Shown here piece by piece: positions 41,864-49,804 of a stretch of 64,000 nucleotides of DNA. The stretch comes from an uncultured Acidobacteriota bacterium (GTDB lineage: Bacteria; Acidobacteriota; Thermoanaerobaculia; Multivoradales; UBA5704), in the NCBI GenBank assembly GCA_963700145.1, contig OY969474.1, positions 1,824,001-1,888,000 of the forward strand, given 5' to 3'. Below the pieces are notes generated by a model. The model was given only the letters and a program-made list of their open reading frames with translations. It had not been told where the DNA came from and made no database searches. A program made the position numbers and the translations under genes. Positions within the stretch are counted from its first letter, which is position 1; every line of letters begins with the position of its first letter.

Positions 41864-43554
41864 CGCGGCGCCCTCTCCAGCGCCTCGAGGCCGGCGAGTG
41901 GGTCGGCGCCGAGGTCCACCCGCAGCACGCTGCGGCCGCGCTGGAGGAGGGCACGGCGGTCCCCCTCGGCCTGCGCCGCCAGCAGCTCGCCGAAGCCGTA
42001 ACCCGCCTCGGGCACCGCCAGCTCCGAACGCGGGCGGTCGACGAGCTGGAGGAAAAGGCCGCCGTCCGGCCCTCCCTTGTGGAGCTGGCCGGTCGAGTGC
42101 AGGAAGCGCGGGCCGTAGCCGGCGGTGGCGGCGAGGCCGGTCGAGTCGCGCAGCGCCCCCTGGAGCCGGCGCAGCGCGGCGGTCGCCGCCGGCGCCGGCG
42201 CGAGGTAGGCGTGGAGGGCGAGGTAGCCGCCGGGCTGCGCCCCCTCCAGCCAGGCGGCGAGAGCGCGGTCGAGCCCGGGCTCGGTGACTGAAACCGCCTT
42301 GCCGGCGGTGGAGACCGCCTTCCCGTCGGGCGAGACTGCCGCCTCTCCGGCGGCCGGCTCCCGCTCCGCCGGCGACGCCATCGCCGCCCGCGCCAGGTCC
42401 TTGGCGAGCTGGACGTCCGGCTGATCGAAGGGGTTGATGCCGAGGACCGCGCCGGCGGCCGCCACGGCGATCTCCCAGCGCAGCATCTCGGCGCCCAGCT
42501 CGGCGCCCGCCGCGATCTCGAAGAGGATCGCCGGGTGGCCGGCCTCGGCCAGCCGCTCGACGTGCTGGCGGGCGAAGTCGTCGCCGGCGCCGGCCAGCGC
42601 CACGAACACCCGGTCGCCGCCGTAGGCCGCCGGCGCGGCGGGAGGCTCGGCGACGACCGGCACGATCCCCTTGCCCTCCTTGCCGGTGCTCTCGGCCACC
42701 AGCTGCTCGATCCAGTCGGGGAAGAACTCGAGCCCGGGCGCCGCCGCGAACGTCAGCTTGTCGCGGCCGGCCAGGGCCAGCTCGCCGAGCGCGGCGCCGA
42801 GGGCCAAGGCGGCGTTGTCGCGCGCCGGCGTCGAGGGGCCGCAGGCGGCGGCGAGGCGGCGGGCCGAGGCGAGGAGCCCGGCGACGTCGGCGCCGATCCC
42901 GACCGCCGGCACCACCCCGAAGACCGAGAGCGCGCTGTAGCGCCCGCCGACGTCCGGCGGCGCCTCGAAGGTGCGGCGGAAGCCGCGCTCGCGCGCCAGC
43001 TCGGCGAGCGGCGTCCCCGGGTCGGTGATCGCCGCGAAGCGCTCCCCGGGCGCGGGGAGCTTGCGCCGCGCCAGGTCCCAGAAGGCGCGGAAGAAGGAGA
43101 GCGTCTCGGTCGTCGTGCCCGACTTGCTCGACACCAGGAAGAGGGTGTGCGCCAGGTCGAGCCGCGCGGCGAGCCTCTGCACGGCGTCCGGATGAGTGCT
43201 GTCGAGGACGGAGAGGCGGGGGTGGCCGGGGCGGGGGCCGAGGATGCGCGCGAAGACCTCGGGCGCCAGGCTCGAGCCCCCCATGCCGAGGACGACGAGG
43301 TCGCGCACTCCCTCGGCGGCGAGCGCCTCGCCGAAGCCCTCCAGCTCGGGCAGCGCCGCCGCCATCGTCTCGGGGAGCGCCAGCCAGCCCAGCCGGTCGG
43401 CCAGCTCGGGGAGCGGCTCGGGCGACCAGAGGGTCGGGTCGCGAGCCCAGAGCCGGCGTGCGAAGTCCTCCTCCTGCCAGCGCGCCAGCCGCGCCTCCGC
43501 CGCGCGCCCGTGCTCGCCGAGCCGCAGCTCCATGCCGTCGAAGTTCCAGCGCAT
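41860..43554 (-). CDS. pgi: Glucose-6-phosphate isomerase (Tal-Pgi-type PGI module)
   Basis: LGMGGSSL, SSKSGTT.ET, VGGRYSALS, EQLVAESTGK, NPFDQPDV and GPRFLHSTGQLHKGG. Confidence 0.9.
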   Translation of the reverse strand: MRWNFDGMELRLGEHGRAAEARLARWQEEDFARRLWARDPTLWSPEPLPELADRLGWLALPETMAAALPELEGFGEALAAEGVRDLVVLGMGGSSLAPEVFARILGPRPGHPRLSVLDSTHPDAVQRLAARLDLAHTLFLVSSKSGTTTETLSFFRAFWDLARRKLPAPGERFAAITDPGTPLAELARERGFRRTFEAPPDVGGRYSALSVFGVVPAVGIGADVAGLLASARRLAAACGPSTPARDNAALALGAALGELALAGRDKLTFAAAPGLEFFPDWIEQLVAESTGKEGKGIVPVVAEPPAAPAAYGGDRVFVALAGAGDDFARQHVERLAEAGHPAILFEIAAGAELGAEMLRWEIAVAAAGAVLGINPFDQPDVQLAKDLARAAMASPAEREPAAGEAAVSPDGKAVSTAGKAVSVTEPGLDRALAAWLEGAQPGGYLALHAYLAPAPAATAALRRLQGALRDSTGLAATAGYGPRFLHSTGQLHKGGPDGGLFLQLVDRPRSELAVPEAGYGFGELLAAQAEGDRRALLQRGRSVLRVDLGADPLAGLEALERAPR

Positions 43555-43619
43555 CCACGCCTCCCCGTTCGACTCTACGCGATCCGCGGCGCGCGACTCG
43601 CATGCTACGATCGCGCGCC

Positions 43620-43985
43620 ATGCAACGGGTGGCGATCGCGCTGCTGCTCGCGCTCGCCGCCTGCGCGCGCACGCAACCGGCGGCGACCGCCAGCCGCGGC
43701 GCGACCTACACGGTGCGCGGCGTCGTCGTCGCGCTGCCCGCCGGCGGCGGCGGCGACCTGACGCTGCGCCACGAGGCCCTGCCGCACTTCGTCGACCGCG
43801 GCGGCGAGCGCGTCGGAATGATTGCCATGACCATGCCGTTCCCGCTCGCCGCGGAGGTGGCGCTGCCGGGGGTCGCCGTCGGGGACCCGGTCGAGTGCAC
43901 GCTGCGGGTGGACTGGGAGGCGGAGCGGCCGGCCGAGCTGATCGCGGTGCGGGAGCTGCCGGCGGGCACCCGCCTGGCGATCTAA
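43620..43985 (+). CDS. CusF-like copper-binding lipoprotein
   Basis: Lipobox LAAC, HEALP...MIAMTMPF and VGD.V. Confidence 0.75.
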   Translation: MQRVAIALLLALAACARTQPAATASRGATYTVRGVVVALPAGGGGDLTLRHEALPHFVDRGGERVGMIAMTMPFPLAAEVALPGVAVGDPVECTLRVDWEAERPAELIAVRELPAGTRLAI

Positions 43986-44020
43986 CGATTCAATCAGACG
44001 ATCGACAAGGAGCGAGAGCG

Positions 44021-44464
44021 ATGGCGGTACGCAGTGCGAACGCGGCATGGGAGGGGGGGCTCAAGGACGGGCAGGGCACGATGGCGCTCGGGAGCGGCGC
44101 CTACGAAGGGCGGTACTCCTTCGGTTCCCGCTTCGAGGAGGCCCCGGGGAGCAACCCCGAGGAGCTCCTCGGCGCGGCGCTCGCCGGGTGCTACTCGATG
44201 GCCCTCGCCGGGGCGCTCGGCCGCGCCGGCTTCTCGCCGGAGCGGATCGCCACCGCGGCCAAGGTGCACATCGAGAAGCTTCCCGCGGGCGGCTTCGGCG
44301 TCACCCGGATCGAGCTCGACAGCGAGGCCCGCGTGCCGGGGATCGACGACGCGGCCTTCCAGGAGCAGGCGCGCCAGACCAAGGAGACCTGCCCGGTCTC
44401 GAAGGCGCTGGCAGCGGTCGAGATCGCGCTCAACGCGCGGCTGGCGACGACGCCCGGCACGTAG
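44021..44464 (+). CDS. osmC: OsmC family peroxiredoxin
   Basis: W.GGLKDG.G, SRFE..PGSNPEELLGAA..GC.SMAL and CPVSKAL. Confidence 0.93.
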   Translation: MAVRSANAAWEGGLKDGQGTMALGSGAYEGRYSFGSRFEEAPGSNPEELLGAALAGCYSMALAGALGRAGFSPERIATAAKVHIEKLPAGGFGVTRIELDSEARVPGIDDAAFQEQARQTKETCPVSKALAAVEIALNARLATTPGT

Positions 44465-44476
44465 GCCGGGCGCTAC
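44450..44476. repeat. REP-like palindrome, copy 2 (overlaps the osmC stop)
   Basis: 27-bp identity with 35733-35759. Confidence 0.75.
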
Positions 44477-44513
44477 GCGGACGGCGAGCGGCGCCGCCCG
44501 GCGCCGCTTCGCC

Positions 44514-44542
44514 TTGACTTGACTTGCTTCGGGCTCTACTCT
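44514..44542 (+). promoter_or_regulatory. Candidate sigma70 promoter for the bactofilin gene
   Basis: TTGACT-N17-TACTCT lies upstream of the GGAAGGAG RBS and the GTG at 44581. Confidence 0.45.
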
Positions 44543-44580
44543 CACATTCCCAATCGTCGATAAGAAGGAAGGAGAGTCCC

Positions 44581-45222
44581 GTGGTCCAGTGGAAGAAGCC
44601 CGACAGCGATCCACCTGCGCCGGAGCCCGTCTCCGCCCCCCCGCGCGCTTCCTACGCCACCCCGAACCCCCCGCCCGCCACGACTGCTCCCACCGCCGCA
44701 CCGGCCCCGGCCGCGCGCGGCGAGCGCGCCACGATCGGCCCCTCCATCTTCATCAAGGGCGACTTGGCCGGCGAGGAGGACCTGATCATCGAAGGGCGCG
44801 TCGAAGGGCGCGTCGATCTGCGCCAGCACAACCTGACGGTCGGCAAGAACGGCCGCGTCAAGGCCGACCTCGTCGGCCGCGTCGTCACCGTCGAGGGCGA
44901 GGTGGACGGCAACGTCTTCGCCGAGGAGCAGGCGGTCGTCCGCACCTCGGGCACCGTGCACGGCAACATCACCTCGCCGCGGGTGACGCTCGAGGACGGC
45001 TCGAAGTTCAAGGGCTCGATCGACATGGAGACCAAGGCGCCGCCGCGCAGCGTGCAGGCGGCGGCCGGCGACCGGCCGCGCCGCGACGAGAGCGCCGCCC
45101 GCGAGGCGCCGCGCGACGCCACGCCCGGCACCGGCCCGGCCCGCGCGCCGGAGACCGCGACGGCGACCGCCGGGGCGGGCGCGGCGAGCGCCGGCGCCGC
45201 GGCGGCACGGACGACGGCCTGA
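44581..45222 (+). CDS. Bactofilin (polymer-forming cytoskeletal protein)
   Basis: TIGPSIFIKGDL...DLIIEGRVEG...VTVEGEVDGNV...GSKFKGSIDM beta-helix pattern with Pro-rich tails. Confidence 0.92.
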   Translation: MVQWKKPDSDPPAPEPVSAPPRASYATPNPPPATTAPTAAPAPAARGERATIGPSIFIKGDLAGEEDLIIEGRVEGRVDLRQHNLTVGKNGRVKADLVGRVVTVEGEVDGNVFAEEQAVVRTSGTVHGNITSPRVTLEDGSKFKGSIDMETKAPPRSVQAAAGDRPRRDESAAREAPRDATPGTGPARAPETATATAGAGAASAGAAAARTTA

Positions 45223-45926
45223 TGAGCTGGCTCTCCGTCCTGCGCAAGCGCGAGGCTCCCGCCGCGCCCCAGGCGGCGCCGGAACTCCACCGCTCGCTCG
45301 CCTTCGCCGAGATGCTCGACGGCGTGCGGCCGGACCACAAGCTGCAGGTGCTCGACCTGGGGCCCGCGGTGGGCGGCAACGTCGAGTTCCTCCGCCGCTT
45401 CGACTGCAAGCTCTACATCGAGGACCTCTACGCCGCTCTCGCCGGCCGCTCGGCCGGCGAGGACGGCGTGCGCCACCAGGGGATCGAGGACCTGCTGCCG
45501 CTGCCGGAGACCGCCCGCTTCGACCTGGTCCTGGCCTGGGACCTCTTCAACTACCTCGAGCGCGAGGAGCTGCGGCGGCTGGTGCGCCACCTCGCCCGCT
45601 ACTGCCGGCCGGGGGCGGTGCTCCTCGCCATGGTCTCGATCCACAAGCAGATGCCGGCGCAGCCGATCCGCTTCCGCATCGTCGACGACCGGAGCCTGCT
45701 CTACGAGCTGCGCACGCCGCACCTGCGGCCGTCGCCGCGCTACGCCTCTTACGACCTCTCCGAGATGCTCGAGGGGTTCCACGTCGACCGTTCCTTCCTG
45801 CTGCGCCACGGCATCCAGGAGTACCTCTTCGTCCGCGAGGAGGACGAAGAGACCTGGGTGGCGAAGCCGGAGTGGATGGGCGAGGCAGCGGAGGCGGTCG
45901 CCGCCGCCCCGCCCGGCCCGCACTAG
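45222..45926 (+). CDS. Class I SAM-dependent methyltransferase-like protein
   Basis: VLDLGP and FDLVLAWDLFNYL...RPG motifs. Translationally coupled to the bactofilin gene (TGATG). Confidence 0.75.
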   Translation: MSWLSVLRKREAPAAPQAAPELHRSLAFAEMLDGVRPDHKLQVLDLGPAVGGNVEFLRRFDCKLYIEDLYAALAGRSAGEDGVRHQGIEDLLPLPETARFDLVLAWDLFNYLEREELRRLVRHLARYCRPGAVLLAMVSIHKQMPAQPIRFRIVDDRSLLYELRTPHLRPSPRYASYDLSEMLEGFHVDRSFLLRHGIQEYLFVREEDEETWVAKPEWMGEAAEAVAAAPPGPH

Positions 45927-45938
45927 CCGCCGGGAGCG

Positions 45939-46736
45939 CTACTGCCGCTGCCCCGCGAGCCCCGCGGGGATGAGCTCGATCTCTTCGTAGCCCGCCGGCA
46001 GCGCAAAGCTCGCGTCGGCGATGTCCGTGCGCTCCAGCGCGGTCACCTCCATCGTCGTGCGGGTGACCGTCTCCTTCCCCTTCTTCCCTTTCGTCGTGCT
46101 GACGGTCACGCTCTTGAGCGGGAACCCCTGCACCTTCTTCATCTCCGTCGCGATCAGCTTGTCGAGCTGCTCGTTGCCCGAGCGCGGCGAGGCGCGCAGC
46201 CAGACGCCGAGCCCGACGTCCTGGAGCTGGTCGGTCGTCCACAGGTCCTGCTCGGTGACCACGTCGGAGGTGTTGCCCATGCCCATCACCTTGACGGTCA
46301 CGGTGTAGCTGGTGCGGAACTTGGTGTGGCGGGTGGGGTGGCCGGCGACCCTGCCGCCGTCCTCGTCGGCGAGCTGCTGCACCTGCGGCTCCGAGAAGTC
46401 CATTTTTAGCAGCGACCCCATGGCGCCGCCGGTGAGCGCCCCGGCCATGCCGAGCATGGCCTGGAGGTCCCACTCGGCGTAGGTCTTCTCCTCGGGATCG
46501 ACGAGGTAAATGGTCTTGCCGCCGTCGCGGGTGAGCAGGTAGGTGCCGGCCTCGGTGATCGGCTGGTCGCTGTCGCGGAAGAGGATCTTGGCCTTCTCGC
46601 CGCTCACCCAGCCTTCGACCTTGGTGTTGCCGCCCTGACCGTCGGTCTTGGTGACGGCTTCGTAGCGGAACCCCGCGGCGGCCGGGAGGGCGGCCAGGAG
46701 CAGGAGGGCGGCGAAAGACGACAGGGTACGACGCAT
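45939..46736 (-). CDS. Secreted DUF4412-like protein
   Basis: Signal peptide, IYLVDPEEKTY, GFPLKS and C-terminal FALPAGYEEI. Confidence 0.7.
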   Translation of the reverse strand: MRRTLSSFAALLLLAALPAAAGFRYEAVTKTDGQGGNTKVEGWVSGEKAKILFRDSDQPITEAGTYLLTRDGGKTIYLVDPEEKTYAEWDLQAMLGMAGALTGGAMGSLLKMDFSEPQVQQLADEDGGRVAGHPTRHTKFRTSYTVTVKVMGMGNTSDVVTEQDLWTTDQLQDVGLGVWLRASPRSGNEQLDKLIATEMKKVQGFPLKSVTVSTTKGKKGKETVTRTTMEVTALERTDIADASFALPAGYEEIELIPAGLAGQRQ

Positions 46737-46847
46737 CGTGAGACCTCCGTCTGAGTTCGAGGCGGATTCTCGCACAGCGCCCCCGCGGCGAGGGGGAATT
46801 CGCCCGCCGCCGGGCGTCTTACACTCTTCACTCCGGAGGACGCCCGT

Positions 46848-48059
46848 ATGGCCGCCGACCGATCCACCTCCGAGCGCCCCGCCCCGCCCTCCGACCGCCT
46901 CCGCCGTGCCCTCCAGCTCCTCGCCGAAGAGGCGCGCGAGCGGGTGGAGCGCCATCCGCTGGGGCACCTGCTGCGCGGCCGCGGCGACGCCCTGGAGCTG
47001 CGGCTGGCGCTGCCCAGCGCGCTCCGCCCCGGCGGCCTCGACAAGGTGGCCGCGGAAGCCGCCGACGCTCTGCGGGAGGCGATCCAGGGGCTCCTCGAGC
47101 ACCGCGCCGTCCTGCGCCCCGGGCGGGTCGTCTGCCTGCGCTGCGGCGGCGCCGACTGCGGCCACGCCGCGCCGGCCGCGCCGCGGCAGGTCTTCGCGGG
47201 GTACGGCCCGACCGGCCTCCCCCGCTTCCTCGACTTGGGCGCCTGGCTCCTCGAGCGGCACGACCCCCGGGTCGACCTCCTCTACCGCCAGCCGCCGCCG
47301 CTGCTCGCCGCGGTGGCGACGGGCGCCGAGCTGACCGGAGGGCTCCTCCCGCCCTTCCGCGCCGGCACCGCCGGCTCCTTTCGCCTGCACGGCCAGGTGG
47401 CGGCCGGCTGGTACGCCGGGCCGGGCGCGGGGGGCGCGCCGGAGGCACTGGCGGTGACGCTGCAGGTGGTCTCCTCGCGGGCGACACGCGGCCCGCGGCG
47501 CTACGGCGTCAACGTCCTCGGCGTCGGGCCGCAGGGCGAGCCGCTGGAGCACCTCTGGGACCGCATCGGGGAGATCCCGTGGAGCGACGCCGTGCGCTGG
47601 GCGCAGGCAGCGCTCGACGGCCTCGCCCGCTTGCGCGTCGCGCAGGCGGACGACGGCGCCGAGGTGGCGGCGCGGCTCGACGGCATCCTCCACGGCCTGG
47701 CGCGCCGCCTGGAGAAGGGGCGCCGGGCGCGCGAGCGCAAGACCCGCCACGCCCGCGAGCGCCACGCCGGCGGCGACCGCCCGACGCGCATGGCGCTCGC
47801 CGACCTGGCGCGCGCGCCGCTCGCCGAGGTGCTGGTGGACACCCGCAGCGCCGTCCTCGTCGTCCTCGGCGACCGCGGCCGCGCCCACCTCTTCAGCCCC
47901 GAGGGCCGGCTCGTCACCTCGATCCGCTACGCCCCCGCCGCCATCGAGCGCCGCCGCAAGAGCGGCCTCTGGCGCCCCGCCGACCGCGGCGAGGTCGACC
48001 TCCTCCGCGCCCGTGTCGAAGAAGCGGCGGCCCTGGAACGGGAGCCGGCGGCGGGGTGA
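46848..48059 (+). CDS. Hypothetical protein with a CxxC...CxH zinc motif
   Basis: Long ORF with host-like codon usage. Contains VCLRCGGADCGHA and C-terminal TRHARERH...LVTS. Confidence 0.65.
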   Translation: MAADRSTSERPAPPSDRLRRALQLLAEEARERVERHPLGHLLRGRGDALELRLALPSALRPGGLDKVAAEAADALREAIQGLLEHRAVLRPGRVVCLRCGGADCGHAAPAAPRQVFAGYGPTGLPRFLDLGAWLLERHDPRVDLLYRQPPPLLAAVATGAELTGGLLPPFRAGTAGSFRLHGQVAAGWYAGPGAGGAPEALAVTLQVVSSRATRGPRRYGVNVLGVGPQGEPLEHLWDRIGEIPWSDAVRWAQAALDGLARLRVAQADDGAEVAARLDGILHGLARRLEKGRRARERKTRHARERHAGGDRPTRMALADLARAPLAEVLVDTRSAVLVVLGDRGRAHLFSPEGRLVTSIRYAPAAIERRRKSGLWRPADRGEVDLLRARVEEAAALEREPAAG

Positions 48060-48637
48060 GCGGCAGAGGGCAGGCGGCGCTCCGCGCCGGTGCGCTCGCC
48101 GTCGCCCTCGCGGCCGGCGGGGCGCAGGTGCATCTCGAGCCTTCCCGCGCCGCGAGTGGCACCCGCGAGGGTGTCGGCACGGGCGTCGTGGACTTCCCGC
48201 CCGAGCGGGTGTTCCGCGCCGTCGCCGATCTGGAGCACTGGGAAGAGTGGGTGCCGTTCCTGGTCGAGGCCGGCGCGCGGCGGCTGCCGGACGGCAGGAT
48301 CGAGAGCGCGCAGCGGCTGGAGGCGCCGGCGCTCGGCCGGCCGCTGGTCTTCACGGTGCGCGCGCGAGCCGAGGTCGCGGGCGAAGGCCGCGCCCGCCGC
48401 TGGACGCTCACCTGGAGCCACGTCCCCGGCTCCGGCAACGTCGCCGGCCACCGCGGCTCCTGGACCCTCGCCGAGCACTCCCCCGGCCGCACCCTCGCCA
48501 CCTGTCGCCTCTTCACCGACCCCGGCGGCGACACCCCCGCCTGGGCCATGAACCAGGCCACCCGCAAGATGATCGCCTGGATGTTCGACTCCCTGCCGCT
48601 CCAGACCAACCGCGGCCGGTATCAGGAAAGAGAGTGA
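48056..48637 (+). CDS. SRPBCC/START (polyketide cyclase-like) family protein
   Basis: PPERVFRAVADLEHWEEWVP, GSWTL and TDPGG.TPAW. GTG overlaps the upstream stop. Confidence 0.75.
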   Translation: MSGRGQAALRAGALAVALAAGGAQVHLEPSRAASGTREGVGTGVVDFPPERVFRAVADLEHWEEWVPFLVEAGARRLPDGRIESAQRLEAPALGRPLVFTVRARAEVAGEGRARRWTLTWSHVPGSGNVAGHRGSWTLAEHSPGRTLATCRLFTDPGGDTPAWAMNQATRKMIAWMFDSLPLQTNRGRYQERE

Positions 48638-48860
48638 GGCGACTTCCTCCTAGCCGTCGATCGCGCCGCGCGGCGCGCCGGGAGACCCGGAATCGATCCG
48701 TGACACGCGTGCTCGAAGAGGCTGTTCGAGCCCAACGCGATGCATGCCTCACGCAGCGGCTGAACGAGCTTTTCGCCGATCCTGGGCTCGTCGAGGACAG
48801 ACCCGCGTAGCGGGGGAGCTCGACGCGGCCGGCACCGATTGGAGCGACGAGCGCTGGTGA
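48634..48860 (+). pseudogene. Degenerate antitoxin-like (RHH/MazE-type) remnant
   Basis: NRSVTRVLEEAV...LTQRLNELFADP, then in another frame ELDAAGTDWSDERW-stop overlapping a GTG ATC start. No intact toxin follows. Confidence 0.35.
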
Positions 48861-49033
48861 TCCACGCCACCGAGCGGCCTGCCGGAGGCGCTGCTCAGGC
48901 GACGGGCGTCGCCGGGTAATCTGTCGCGCTTCCCTCGTACTGCGACACTGCATCACCGAAAGGAGGAGGACTCGGCACGGAGGTGGTGCGGGAGGTGACG
49001 CTGAAGCCGATCCCGTAACGCGACCGGGCCTCA

Positions 49034-49306
49034 GGATGATCTTCCCGGGTGTCCGGATCATCTGCCGGAGCGCCGGGATGATCTTCCCAGGCGTCGGGAT
49101 GATTAGCCGGAGTGCCGGGAACATCAACCGGGTTGCCGGGATGATCTTCCCAGCTCTCGGGATGATTTGCCGGAGCGTCGGGATGATTAGCCGAGGTCTC
49201 GGGATGATCAGCCGGACTCTCAGGATTATTAGCCGGAGACTCGGGATGATCTTCCCGAGTGCCGGGATCATCATCCCGAGCGCCGGGAATGCTTTCCGGA
49301 GCGTCC
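49034..49306. repeat. Degenerate tandem array of 13 x 21 bp with near-palindromic CGGGATGATCTTCCCG core
   Basis: Units such as ggatgatcttcccgggtgtcc, ggatcatctgccggagcgccg and ggatgattagccggagtgccg occur at exact 21-bp spacing. Confidence 0.92.
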
Positions 49307-49321
49307 GGCCTGTCTTTCGCC

Positions 49322-49790
49322 CTACCCGAATTCCCCCCGCACGACCCGCCCCAGCCTTTCCACGGCCTCCTGCAGCATCTCCGGGGCGCAGTTGGTGAAG
49401 TTGAGCCGCAGGGCGTTGCGGGCGCCGCGGCCGTCGAGGGTGAAGGCGGCGCCGGGGACGAAGACGACCTGCTCGCGCTCGACGGCGGCGCGTAGCAGGT
49501 CAACGGTGTCGATGCCGCGCGGCAGCTCGACCCAGACGAACATGCCGGCGCTCGGGCTCCCCCAGCGGGTGCCCGCCGGCAGGTGCCGCGCCAGCGCGCC
49601 CAGGAGCGCCGCGCGGCGCGCGCCGTACTCGCGCCACAGCCGCGGCAGGTAGAGCACCCAGTCCGCGTCGAGGGCGCGCAGCGGCGGCACCGGCCGCTCG
49701 CCGTACCAGAGGAAGCCGTACGGGTCGTCCTCGACGATCGGCACCTCGTAGCGCCGCGCCAGCTCGACCAGCCGCTCGCGCGCCGCCGGC
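49322..49790 (-). pseudogene. Truncated, internally deleted PLP-dependent class I aminotransferase (LysN/MocR-like)
   Basis: IVEDDPYG...WVLYL is joined directly to the C-terminal GMFVWVELP...FVPGAAF...LRLNF. The catalytic-Lys (SFSK) region and the N-terminus are missing. Confidence 0.75.
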
Positions 49791-49804
49791 CCGCCGCGGC
49801 GACG

